This document shows positions 31,660 through 41,770 of a DNA stretch of 56,563 nt, piece after piece. The notes beneath the pieces were generated by a model. That model was not told the origin of the DNA, made no database searches, and saw nothing but the letters and a program-made list of their open reading frames with translations. Source of the DNA: a virus. Its lineage: Duplodnaviria > Caudoviricetes. Position numbers and translations under genes: made by a program. Numbering within the stretch: position 1 is the stretch's first letter; each line of letters opens with the position of its first letter. The DNA lies in the IMG/VR virus record IMGVR_UViG_3300044639_001130, positions 1 to 56,563 of that record, one strand, 5' to 3'.

Positions 31660-34600
31660 ATGCCAGAAGAAATACCAAAATTCGACCCAAATAAGCCTTA
31701 TAATGATGTTTCTAATGGAACATATAGAGAAGCTAGTTCTTCTTCTACTCCCCCTCCATTTGACCCTAATAAGCCATATAGGAGTTCGGCTAAACAAGAT
31801 TTTCAAGAAGAAGGATTTTCTCCTGATAAGTATATTTCTGATACAAGTGGGGATAATATAGAATCTACTTTAGATTTTATTCAAAACAAAATGCCGGGAC
31901 TTAGGGATATGAGGGATGATGAAAAAGATATTCTTAGAAGTATTTTAAAGAATCCTAATGCTACCAAAGAAGATAAGTCTAGTGCTATAAGAACATTCAA
32001 GGGAGTTCATGCGGAGCAAGTTTATAATCAAAAGGGTATTATTAGAGGTGCTGATTATTATATGGATATGGACGAAAAAGGAGTTTATAAGCCTATTCCT
32101 TTAGCTGAAAATAAACCGATTCCGGCAGGTAAGAATGTGGCTAGCGTTTGGGGAACAGGGACAGAGGCTCAGGATGATTCTTGGTATACTGATTTGGCTA
32201 AAAAAGCCTTTAATATTATACCTTCTGCTATGGAGGGAGTTACTGATTTATTTACCGCTAGCAGTTCTGATTTAAGAAAGATTGGAACTAAAATAGAAGG
32301 AAAAGAATACGAAAAAAGTAGCGCTACTGGGGCAGGAGAAGAAGCTAAAAAGTTTTTTGAACAATTTAAGTTTCCTACATCCGAAGAATATAATCAACAA
32401 ATATATGATGCAGAAGGTGTAAAAAACTTTGAAGATTTAATATCTAAGGATAGATTCAATATAAGCCCTAAAACAATATACGGAACTGTTTCTAATTTAG
32501 CGGGTAGTGTAGGAGAGATGTTATTAACAGGTGGAGCTGCCGCTGAAGGAATGTTAGCTAAAAAATCCCTTACGGGCTTGTCTAGCGTAAAAGGAATTGC
32601 TCCAACTTTATCTAAAGCTGAAAAATACGCTAGTGTTTATACAGGAAGCTTTATAACAAATTTAGGAGAAGCTATGGATGCCGCTAAAAAAGCAGGTATT
32701 AGTGACGAGGATGCTGGTTCATTTGCGTTAGCATTAACGGTGCCAATAGCGTCTTTAGATGCTGGATTAGGCATTGGGGGAAAGATATTGAGTAATAAAT
32801 TAGCTAACCAAGGAAAAAAAGAATTATTAGAAAATATAGCTAGTAGAGTTGCTAAAGATGAATTTGGAAATATAACAGAGGAGTCTTTAAAAAAAGCGTC
32901 CTCTGAAGCTGTTATGGCATATACGCCTGTAGCTAAAAGCTTATCTAAATTAATGACTAAGGATGTTTTAGAACAAGGTAGCGAAGAATCTTTACAATCT
33001 TTTATATCTAGTGCTGGAGAGCAATTATATGATAAATTAAGTGATGCGGATAAAGCTAAGTTTGGAACAGATGCTTTTAGTGCACAATCTTTTGGTAAAT
33101 ATATATCTGAAGGAGTAGCGGGATTAATAGGCTCGGGTCCACTAGCGGTTAAGACAGCTAAAGCTAAACAACAAGAACTTTACAAGGCTCAATCTAATAG
33201 TGCTTACGAAACTGTAATGCAAGGAGAGGATGCTGTAAAAGCTTTTAGAGCAAATGTTACAAACTCTTTTGAAAAAGGAGAAATAAGTAAAGAAGATTAC
33301 GATAACGCTATACTTAAAGTAGACGCTTACGATAGTTACGAAAAAACTACTAAAGATTTAACTTTAGATAACGATAATAAAAAGAAACTATTTGAACTTT
33401 CTCTACAAAAAGAAAACTTAAAGGCGGCTATAAAAGATGCTGAAGCTAAAGATACGGAAGGTCATTCTCGTTTAGATAAAATGAATCCTGCGGAATTAGG
33501 ATTACACAACTCTAAAATGAAACAAGCTAAGGCTTTACAAGATGAGATTGATTTAATAGTTTCTAAATCAGAAGTATTACAACAACCCGAAGTTGCGGAA
33601 AAAGTAGTAGAAAAAGTAGTTAAAGCAGAAGAAAAAGCGGCAGAAGGTACAAAGGTAAAGGAAGGCGTTAGTTCTGAGATTGGAGCTATATTAGGCAGAC
33701 AATACAAAGTTAAAACTCCTGTTGGTGGTGAAGTTGCTGTTCCTGGTAAAGCGGCTTATGAAGTACCTAAAAAGGTACTTGAAGAAACAAGAAAGATGAA
33801 GGATATTCCCGTTGAAGAATTTAATGACCCTAATTTTGATGTAACAGTTAAGCAAGCTAAACTTGCAGAAGCTTTAGATGAAACTCCCGAAAAGACAACT
33901 ACAGGTACTTTACAAATAGACAACGAATTTACTGATGACAAAGGTCGTCAAGTTCAAACATTTAACATAACCCTACCTAATGGAAAGTCTGCTCGTTTTG
34001 CATCTTCTATGGTAAGATTTCCAGAAGAAAACGCTGCGGGTGGATTTAGAGGTAATACATACGAAGAAAACCTAACTAATAAAGAAAATCCTGTTGGTCA
34101 GAAATTAGGAATTACTGTTAGAACTTTAAAAGATTCGGGTAGAAAAGTAATATTCGTTTGGAATGCAGAACAAGGTCCTAAGTTTGGTAAACATATAGGA
34201 ATGGTTAAAGAGAGATTAAGAGGTAAATCCGAATATGGTGCGGCTGATTTAGATGAAATGGCAGATTTAAGGATGATTAATATGGGACAAAACCCTAATG
34301 CTCCTGCTCCTGGTATTTTTACTCCTAAAGAACCAACAAAAGGTGGACCCAAAGTATCTATACCCCTTACTATAACTACAGATATGAGAAGGCAACTAGC
34401 TAATTTAGGATATAAAAAAGCAGATGTTCAATCCATGAAGCCAGAGGAGGCTAATGATATAATTAATACTCAAAGAACTAAATCTAAAACTAAAAAACAG
34501 CCATTAGAAGAAGTAGAGGTTAAAGATAAAAAAGCTGCTGCTAAAGTAGAAAAAAAGATTGCAGATTTAAGAGCGCAAGAACAAGAGGAATTAAAAAAAG

Positions 34601-35793
34601 AAATACCTAACATAGATAAATATAAGGTAGATGGTAAGGTAGATGAGAGTTTAATTAAAGATGCTGAAGATTTAAAAAAGTATAAAGAGATTTACGATAA
34701 ATACGATAAAAAAATAAGTCCTTTATTGGAAAAAGATTCTGCTGAAGAAAAAGGTAAGGTAAAAGTTAAAAAAGCTCCTAAAGAATTATCCGTAGAGAAA
34801 AAAGAATCAATAGCTAAAAGAGAAGCTCTTATGGAATCTATAAGAGGTGTTAGTAAATTAGTTGCTGCTTATAACGGATTAACTAAAGCTCAAAAAAAGT
34901 CTAAAATTGGAGTTGATTTGTATAAGAAAATTCAAGATAGAGCTAAAGAAATTAATTACACTACTAAAATAAGCAGAGGTGGCACTTTGCAATTAGTAGG
35001 AGAGAAAGGTAAGCGAGTTTATAAAACTCCAGTTAGACGTTCTGAGGACCAAAAAGCTATGGAGAAAGAGAAGAAACAAGCTTTAGGCGCAGAACCTACT
35101 TCTATCGCTCACTCTATTATATTAGATATTGCTACTGGAGCTCAGTTCGATGTAGATAGTTTAAAGAAATATTTTTCTGAAGTTATATTGAAAGAAATGC
35201 CGTCTCTTTTAAAGAATAGTAAAGGTAAAGGGATAAGCTTAGAGTTTTATAAACAGCGTTATGATGAATCTTTAGGATTAAAAGAACCCTCTAATTTAGA
35301 TGAGGACTCTGTTGCTCAAGAGGCTGCGGATGTTTTAAGTAATTATTTCATAAAAGACTTTAGACAAGCGGCTACGGAAGATGCTATGGATATTGATTTT
35401 AAGACTAGAAACCAAAATATGTCTAGAAGTCAAATTGAGGACCTTAATGAGATGCAAAAAGAGCAAGATAAAGAACAAAAAGAATTAGAAGATATTTTAG
35501 CTCAAGAGGAGTTAGAAAAAGAAGAATATCGTAGACAAGCAGAACAAGAAGAAGGTTACTTACAAAAAGCAAAAGTTAAACCTGCTACTCTTAATAAATT
35601 TGAGGAATCTGTTGATTTATTCTACCAAACTAAAGATGCGGATGGAGCTAGTAAAAAGAGAGGTTTAGCTGCTAAAAGAAGGGAATTTTTAGAAAAAAAC
35701 CCTACAATTAAGTATATTGACGATAATATGAAGTATATTTACAAACAGTTAGAAGAACAAAATATCATAGAGAGAAAAGGAGAATGTCCATAA
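31660..35793 (+). CDS. large internal virion (ejection) protein
   Basis: 1377 aa; two FDPNKPY repeats at the N-terminus, G/A-rich helices, EQGSEESLQ motif. Confidence 0.55.
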   Translation: MPEEIPKFDPNKPYNDVSNGTYREASSSSTPPPFDPNKPYRSSAKQDFQEEGFSPDKYISDTSGDNIESTLDFIQNKMPGLRDMRDDEKDILRSILKNPNATKEDKSSAIRTFKGVHAEQVYNQKGIIRGADYYMDMDEKGVYKPIPLAENKPIPAGKNVASVWGTGTEAQDDSWYTDLAKKAFNIIPSAMEGVTDLFTASSSDLRKIGTKIEGKEYEKSSATGAGEEAKKFFEQFKFPTSEEYNQQIYDAEGVKNFEDLISKDRFNISPKTIYGTVSNLAGSVGEMLLTGGAAAEGMLAKKSLTGLSSVKGIAPTLSKAEKYASVYTGSFITNLGEAMDAAKKAGISDEDAGSFALALTVPIASLDAGLGIGGKILSNKLANQGKKELLENIASRVAKDEFGNITEESLKKASSEAVMAYTPVAKSLSKLMTKDVLEQGSEESLQSFISSAGEQLYDKLSDADKAKFGTDAFSAQSFGKYISEGVAGLIGSGPLAVKTAKAKQQELYKAQSNSAYETVMQGEDAVKAFRANVTNSFEKGEISKEDYDNAILKVDAYDSYEKTTKDLTLDNDNKKKLFELSLQKENLKAAIKDAEAKDTEGHSRLDKMNPAELGLHNSKMKQAKALQDEIDLIVSKSEVLQQPEVAEKVVEKVVKAEEKAAEGTKVKEGVSSEIGAILGRQYKVKTPVGGEVAVPGKAAYEVPKKVLEETRKMKDIPVEEFNDPNFDVTVKQAKLAEALDETPEKTTTGTLQIDNEFTDDKGRQVQTFNITLPNGKSARFASSMVRFPEENAAGGFRGNTYEENLTNKENPVGQKLGITVRTLKDSGRKVIFVWNAEQGPKFGKHIGMVKERLRGKSEYGAADLDEMADLRMINMGQNPNAPAPGIFTPKEPTKGGPKVSIPLTITTDMRRQLANLGYKKADVQSMKPEEANDIINTQRTKSKTKKQPLEEVEVKDKKAAAKVEKKIADLRAQEQEELKKEIPNIDKYKVDGKVDESLIKDAEDLKKYKEIYDKYDKKISPLLEKDSAEEKGKVKVKKAPKELSVEKKESIAKREALMESIRGVSKLVAAYNGLTKAQKKSKIGVDLYKKIQDRAKEINYTTKISRGGTLQLVGEKGKRVYKTPVRRSEDQKAMEKEKKQALGAEPTSIAHSIILDIATGAQFDVDSLKKYFSEVILKEMPSLLKNSKGKGISLEFYKQRYDESLGLKEPSNLDEDSVAQEAADVLSNYFIKDFRQAATEDAMDIDFKTRNQNMSRSQIEDLNEMQKEQDKEQKELEDILAQEELEKEEYRRQAEQEEGYLQKAKVKPATLNKFEESVDLFYQTKDADGASKKRGLAAKRREFLEKNPTIKYIDDNMKYIYKQLEEQNIIERKGECP

Positions 35794-35817
35794 AAATAAA
35801 CTTATAAATAAATAAAA

Positions 35818-36318
35818 ATGAGAAAACCAGAAAAATTATCTAAAGAGGTTGTAGACCTTCTTTTATTAAGAATTAAAGATGAATACACTGCATTTTATAT
35901 GTATCGTGCTGCTTCTAATTGGTGTCAAGAAGTAGGCTTTTTTAAAGCTGCTGCATTCTTTGCTGCTGAAAGTACAGATGAGTTAGAGCATGCAAAAGGT
36001 ATTGAGAAATACATTACAGATTGGAATGTTATCCCTGAATTGCCGGCAGTAGATAAACCTATGTTAAAGTTTAATAGCGTAGCTGATTTAGTTGAGAAGG
36101 CTTATAATTTAGAATATGAATTATACGAGAACTACGAAGAAACTAGCGCTAAGGTATTTAAAATGGGAGAGCTTTGTACATTTGACTTTTTACAAACTTA
36201 TAGAAACATTCAAAACAAATCTGTTGCTGAATATAGCGACAAGCTTAATGTACTAGAAGGAGTTAATCTTGATAGTAAATTTGAAATGTTAATGATTGAA
36301 TCTAATCTTTTTGGATAA
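35818..36318 (+). CDS. ferritin-like protein
   Basis: Ferroxidase-type pattern DEYTAFYMY, DELEHA, AYNLEYEL, IQNKSVAEY in 166 aa. Confidence 0.85.
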   Translation: MRKPEKLSKEVVDLLLLRIKDEYTAFYMYRAASNWCQEVGFFKAAAFFAAESTDELEHAKGIEKYITDWNVIPELPAVDKPMLKFNSVADLVEKAYNLEYELYENYEETSAKVFKMGELCTFDFLQTYRNIQNKSVAEYSDKLNVLEGVNLDSKFEMLMIESNLFG

Positions 36319-36324
36319 TAAAAT

Positions 36325-39300
36325 ATGGCAAGTCCTTGCATAATAAAATATAACGGTAAAGAGTATTCTTACGAGCAGTTTGCTTCAATGATGCACGATG
36401 GATTATTGAGAGACCTTGTTAACAGAGATGTAATAGACAACTCTGACTTTGTTGGAACTATGGAGGTTTTTGAACCTGAAGTAGACAAGGCTGATAAGAT
36501 GAATAGAATCGTGGAATCTATAAAGAAAGCGTTTCCTAATGTAGAAGTTATTATAGATAATACTTTAACGGGCATTGCAGGTAAAGTAGATAAGCAAGGA
36601 AGAATAGTTATTAATCCAAATTATGCAGGATTTGACACTCCTATACACGAAGCAGGTCACATATTAATTGATGCTATTGGATACGAGAATAAAGTTATTC
36701 AACAAGCGGTAAAACAATTAAGAGGCACTCCTTTATACAAAGAAACTAAAGAACGCTATAAGGAATTATCTGAAGAAGAATTAGATAAAGAGGTTTTAGC
36801 AGAAGCTATAGGTAGAGAGGGCGCTGATGTTTTTGATACAGAGGTAGAGAAATCTAAGTTCAAAAAGTATTTAGATTATATATTTGATTGGTTAAAGACT
36901 AAGTTGGGTATGAATAAAAATATCGCAAAGTCTTTAGCTAAACAAGTTATAGGAGGCATTGGAACTAAAGGAATTAAACAAGTCGCTACAGGCAAAGATA
37001 CCTTACAAAAAGAAAAAGAAGAAGATAAGCCTAAGAAACCTAAGAAGCCTAAGAAACCACAAATATTAGGGATGGATTTGTATAGAAAAGTTGTATTAAA
37101 AAGAGAAGTAGACCAAGAAGAAAAAGATTTAGCAAAAATAGAAGAATTATTAGAGAGAGAGGATTTAGATGCAGGCACTATAGATGCTTTAAAACAAACT
37201 AAAAAGAATATAGAATACGTTAGAAAGTTAGATTCTAAAAAATATAGAAGTTATAGAGCAAGCGATAAAAGAATTAGTGACATAAGGGCTTCTGAGAATC
37301 TTAACGATTATAATGAAGATGAGTTGATACAAATCCTTAACGATATTCAAGGATTAGATAATGATGCTAAAGAATCTTTTGGCAATGAGGTTAAAGTTAA
37401 AATAGCTTTATATTTAGATAGAAAAGGTAAAGATAGGTTATCGGCGGAACACAAAGACTACATAGAAGAAGTTGCTAATAAAAAAGATATTAGTTCATTA
37501 TCTATTAAAATGATGGTTTTATCTCAAGCTGACCAAAATCAGCCTGCATTACAAGAATTAAGTAAAGTTTATGATGAATCTTATTTAGATAAAGTTATAG
37601 AGACGAATGATAAGCAATCTGAAAACGAGCAATTAGCTAGAGAAGTAATAAAAGAAAAGAATAAACAATTAGGTATAGCAGAAAAAGCAGTTGGAGCCTT
37701 GTTTGCTAACGATAGCGCTAAGTATTTTGAGTATATGGTAAATCCTAAAGCTATTGAATTAGAAGATGGAAGATATGTGCCAGGATATTGGACGATTGAG
37801 CAGGGTAGAGCTAAAGGCTTTTCTAAAGCTCAATTAAACTACTTACAATTCCATAGAGACCTTGTCGCGGAAAGAAGTAAACAAATATTAGGAGACCAAT
37901 ATTATGAAACGGCTAGTCCTGATATGGAGATTATTCAAACGGATAAAGGATTCCAAGAAGCTTATAAATCTGAAGGTTTAATAAATGCTTTTTCTTATTA
38001 CTTAGGTGGGGGTAAAAATAATTTGAGTAGAGTAAGGATTGAATATACTGACCCTGTTACTAAAAAAGAAAGCATAGATTACTTTGCTAATATAGAAAGA
38101 AAGATTGCTAATTACGGAAAAAAAGGATTATTAGAGAAAGGAAAAGCTTTAGCTCTAGTTTTAAGATACAACTTTAAAGCAAGGAGACAATTAAAGTCTG
38201 GAATGAATGCAGATGAAAAAGTTAATCCATTAGAAGTAAAAGGTTCAGGAGAATACTCTATGAATGGACAAGGTCAATTAGTTAGTAAGTTTGATAAACC
38301 TCGTTCTTCGGGAAGAGGATATTCAACAGACTTCTTCCGTGCTGCTAATGAGTTTATTGCAGAGACTGCTCATGTTAAAAATATGAGTAAGGTGTTGACT
38401 ATATCTAGGGCAGTTCAGCATTTAGCTAAAGATGGGTATGATAAAGCGGGTGTAATGCAGAAACCTAATGTAGCAGAGTATTTAGAATTATGGATGAATA
38501 TGCACTTATTTAAACAATCTAAAGAAAATGACCCTTTATTAGATGCTTCTTTAAAGAAATTAAGGGCTTTAACAAGCATGACTACAATGTTATTTAATAC
38601 TACTGCCCAAGGCATAAACATCTTTATGGGTAATTACAATAACTGGAGGTCTGAAAATGGAGAAACTTTAAGAAAAGGTAACGCTCGTTTATTTGCAGGA
38701 AAAAGAGAATTTAATAAAAAAAGTGGATATGGTGTATTTAATAAATATGCTATGGATATTGTAAGAAAATATAATATTGCTAGTATAGATACAGAATCAA
38801 ATCCAAGATTAGAAATAGGTTCTTTTTTCGAGAAATTAGGTAGCTTAGGAACAAGATGGGGAGAGATTCAAATTCAATCTTCTTTAGCTTTAGGCTTGAT
38901 GTCAGAAGCTGATTACAATAGTTTTCAATACGTTACTAAGCCTAATGGAGTTAAAGTATTAGAAGTTAAGCCTGGGGTAGACGAACAGGCTTTGAAACAA
39001 AGAATTATATCTCACTCTAATCGTGTAAGTGACATTCAAGGTAAATACGGAGAGAAAGACCGCAGAAATATAATGAATGGAGAAATAGGTAAAGCTGTAT
39101 TTCAATTTAAAGTATGGATACCGGATTGGTGGAAAGAAAGATACGGAGCAGAATATATAGATAGAAATAACGTAGTTCGTAAAGGTAGCTGGACTGTTGT
39201 ATCATCTAAAGGAATTAAGGCTCTTAAAAAGCAAATTAAAGACAAAGGAGTGTATAAAGGATTGTTTGATGGAAAAACTCCTGAATCAAAAGCATTTTTA

Positions 39301-39621
39301 TCTAACCTTAAAGGGGTTATGGTAACAGCTTTATTCTTAACTCTTAAATATTCAGATGATGAAGATGAGCGTAAAAGAAAAGCAGCTTCTTTAGCAGATA
39401 AAATGGTAGGTAATATGTTATTTATATTTGACCCTGACCAATTAAAATTCACTATAACTAGCCCTGCTGCATCTTTAGGAACGGCAGGTAAGTTAATAGA
39501 CGCCACAGGAAAGTTATTAAAGTTTGATGCAGAAGAAGCTGAAAAGGCAGGTAAAGAACTTGGAAGTATAGCTCCGGGTAAAAAACTTTATAATTACTAT
39601 GATGAATTATCAGAGGAATAA
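36325..39621 (+). CDS. large internal virion protein with zincin-like HExxH domain
   Basis: TPIHEAGH...EVLAEAIG near the N-terminus; C-terminal FQFKVW motif. Confidence 0.6.
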   Translation: MASPCIIKYNGKEYSYEQFASMMHDGLLRDLVNRDVIDNSDFVGTMEVFEPEVDKADKMNRIVESIKKAFPNVEVIIDNTLTGIAGKVDKQGRIVINPNYAGFDTPIHEAGHILIDAIGYENKVIQQAVKQLRGTPLYKETKERYKELSEEELDKEVLAEAIGREGADVFDTEVEKSKFKKYLDYIFDWLKTKLGMNKNIAKSLAKQVIGGIGTKGIKQVATGKDTLQKEKEEDKPKKPKKPKKPQILGMDLYRKVVLKREVDQEEKDLAKIEELLEREDLDAGTIDALKQTKKNIEYVRKLDSKKYRSYRASDKRISDIRASENLNDYNEDELIQILNDIQGLDNDAKESFGNEVKVKIALYLDRKGKDRLSAEHKDYIEEVANKKDISSLSIKMMVLSQADQNQPALQELSKVYDESYLDKVIETNDKQSENEQLAREVIKEKNKQLGIAEKAVGALFANDSAKYFEYMVNPKAIELEDGRYVPGYWTIEQGRAKGFSKAQLNYLQFHRDLVAERSKQILGDQYYETASPDMEIIQTDKGFQEAYKSEGLINAFSYYLGGGKNNLSRVRIEYTDPVTKKESIDYFANIERKIANYGKKGLLEKGKALALVLRYNFKARRQLKSGMNADEKVNPLEVKGSGEYSMNGQGQLVSKFDKPRSSGRGYSTDFFRAANEFIAETAHVKNMSKVLTISRAVQHLAKDGYDKAGVMQKPNVAEYLELWMNMHLFKQSKENDPLLDASLKKLRALTSMTTMLFNTTAQGINIFMGNYNNWRSENGETLRKGNARLFAGKREFNKKSGYGVFNKYAMDIVRKYNIASIDTESNPRLEIGSFFEKLGSLGTRWGEIQIQSSLALGLMSEADYNSFQYVTKPNGVKVLEVKPGVDEQALKQRIISHSNRVSDIQGKYGEKDRRNIMNGEIGKAVFQFKVWIPDWWKERYGAEYIDRNNVVRKGSWTVVSSKGIKALKKQIKDKGVYKGLFDGKTPESKAFLSNLKGVMVTALFLTLKYSDDEDERKRKAASLADKMVGNMLFIFDPDQLKFTITSPAASLGTAGKLIDATGKLLKFDAEEAEKAGKELGSIAPGKKLYNYYDELSEE

Positions 39622-39658
39622 GAAAATAACGTAAATTTGATTAAAATAAATTAAAGAA

Positions 39659-40324
39659 ATGGCATTAGAAAGATTAGATTTATCAGCACAGATTTGTGTA
39701 GAGGATAGTTGTACTAAATTATTATTTAATGATACTACGGGAAGCGTAGATGCTGTTTGCGCTACCGATGTAAACGAACTTGGTTATGGTTTAGTTGACG
39801 GCATAACATCTGCGGATGTTGCAGGTGCTGTAATTAACGTTTATTATCCATTACTTACCTCTCCGGTTAAGTTTACATTTGTAATAGAAGCTAATGAAAT
39901 TACGGATGCTACAATAACAGATTTGACTAATGTAACAACTAATATATTTTCTTTATTAACCTCTACTGTATTTCCTTTTGTTGATTTTGATATATCAGCA
40001 GATTATGGAGTTACGGTTCCTGAAGTTACAGACGGATTATATACTTGGGATTATACTATTACAGGTACTATCCCTGAACCTTTTTCTTATACTACATCGG
40101 GAGGATTTACATCTGATTGTACTACGGATTGTTGTATAGAGAAATCTTATTTAGAAATAGATTCTGATTGTGGATGTTTTGAAGATAATATAAAAACTAT
40201 TATACGCTCAGAAGTATTCTTATGGGCTTCTCGCTACGCTATGAATGTTGGACAGGATAGTAAGGCAGATGATTTTTTAACAAAGGCTAAAGAGAATTGT
40301 GAAACTAATTGTAAAGACTGTTAA
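39659..40324 (+). CDS. virion protein with Cys-rich C-terminus (fibre hub candidate)
   Basis: DCTTDCC...DCGC...CETNCKDC; own TAnnTTTG element at 39632. Confidence 0.4.
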   Translation: MALERLDLSAQICVEDSCTKLLFNDTTGSVDAVCATDVNELGYGLVDGITSADVAGAVINVYYPLLTSPVKFTFVIEANEITDATITDLTNVTTNIFSLLTSTVFPFVDFDISADYGVTVPEVTDGLYTWDYTITGTIPEPFSYTTSGGFTSDCTTDCCIEKSYLEIDSDCGCFEDNIKTIIRSEVFLWASRYAMNVGQDSKADDFLTKAKENCETNCKDC

Positions 40325-40326
40325 CT

Positions 40327-40749
40327 ATGTGTGGATGTAAAGGAAAATGTGGTTGTAATATAAACCAAACAACTAAAGGGGAAAAGGGTGATAATGGCGC
40401 CGGTTTAATATATAAAAACTATGTTGTTCTTTTACAACAAGGACCTCTTGACGTTCCTCAAGTTATTTTGTTATATAATGATTTAGGGTTTACGCCTATT
40501 TGGGAAAGACTCGGTGCTGGAACATATGTGTCTAATAATGTTGAGTGGGCAAGTTATAGTGATAAAACATATTGTTCTGTAACGCAAGCTCCTGTATATA
40601 ATTCTGGTTATACGCATTGTAGTTTTGATGCCGAAGAAAATCGAATACTTATATTTACATATAATAATTTAGGAGTTTTAGCTGATGATTTGCTAAGTGA
40701 TGATGATTTGTATTATAAAACTAATTTAGAAATAAAAGTATATAATTAA
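40327..40749 (+). CDS. short fibre-like protein with MCGCKxxCGC N-terminus
   Basis: Cys motif followed by GEKGDNG collagen-like triplets. Confidence 0.45.
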   Translation: MCGCKGKCGCNINQTTKGEKGDNGAGLIYKNYVVLLQQGPLDVPQVILLYNDLGFTPIWERLGAGTYVSNNVEWASYSDKTYCSVTQAPVYNSGYTHCSFDAEENRILIFTYNNLGVLADDLLSDDDLYYKTNLEIKVYN

Positions 40750-40761
40750 AAAATAATAAAG

Positions 40762-41712
40762 ATGTGTGGATGTAAAGAAAATTGTGGTTGCAACATAACC
40801 TCCTTAACAAGAGGAGAAAAGGGAGAAATAGGCTATCAAGGTATTCAGGGTATTCAAGGTATTCAAGGTGTTGCTGGGGTTGGAATTGCATGGAAAGGAA
40901 GTTTATCTACAGCTCCTTTAAGCCCTTCAATAAATTGGGGATATTATGACACTACTTTAGATAAGAGTTTTATTTGGGACGGAGATTCTTGGGAAATTAT
41001 TGCTCAAGACGGAGCTACTGGCAATATAGGACTTACGGGACCAGTTGGTCCAGTAGGGCATAATGGCGATGATTCTACTGTTATTAGAACTAGCACTACG
41101 CTTAACACTATTAGCCTTACCTCTAAATTATTTTACTTCGCTTCAGCTCCTGCGTTAGGTTGGTTAGTAGGTACTAGATTAAGAGCATATTACAATGGTT
41201 CAAATTATATGGAAGGTGTAATTAGCACCGTAAGTTCAACTAGCGTAACCATATTGGTAGATTATATAGTAGGCTCTGGTAGTTATTCTTCATGGAATAT
41301 TGCTATTGCAGGAGATGTCGGAACAGGAATGGCTGGCGCTATATCATTTCAAACAATGACTTTTAATGGAACGGATACTCCATTTTTTAGAAAAGTAGGT
41401 GTTGGAGGTAGATTAGCTTTAAGCTTTATATACCCAGGTTCATTAGTAAGCGCAATACCGCGTTACATAAAAATTATAGCTTATTGTAGTGATATTGTAG
41501 GGAAAGGTAGAATAACAATAACAGATGATACAACAGGATTAGAATGGATTTCTTCTACTTTATTTACACCTGGTTCTACCATGGCAGTAATAGTTAATAT
41601 TGGAGTTCCTTCAAATATATCTACAACAGAATCATTGATTAGTGTAATTCTAGAAGGAGACACTGCCTTAAATACTTTAGACGTAGAATCTTTATTTATA
41701 AGTTACTTATAG
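40762..41712 (+). CDS. collagen-repeat fibre protein
   Basis: Same Cys motif; G-X-Y repeats GEKGEIGYQGIQGIQGIQG and GLTGPVGPVG. Confidence 0.6.
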   Translation: MCGCKENCGCNITSLTRGEKGEIGYQGIQGIQGIQGVAGVGIAWKGSLSTAPLSPSINWGYYDTTLDKSFIWDGDSWEIIAQDGATGNIGLTGPVGPVGHNGDDSTVIRTSTTLNTISLTSKLFYFASAPALGWLVGTRLRAYYNGSNYMEGVISTVSSTSVTILVDYIVGSGSYSSWNIAIAGDVGTGMAGAISFQTMTFNGTDTPFFRKVGVGGRLALSFIYPGSLVSAIPRYIKIIAYCSDIVGKGRITITDDTTGLEWISSTLFTPGSTMAVIVNIGVPSNISTTESLISVILEGDTALNTLDVESLFISYL

Positions 41713-41770
41713 CGACAATAATTATTTTACTACTTAATACGAATAAATTAAAAAATAATTAAAATGGAAA

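Noticed and set aside
37027-37059. Tandem AAGCCTAAG/AAACCTAAG repeat
   Set aside because: A coding KPK linker within the cargo protein
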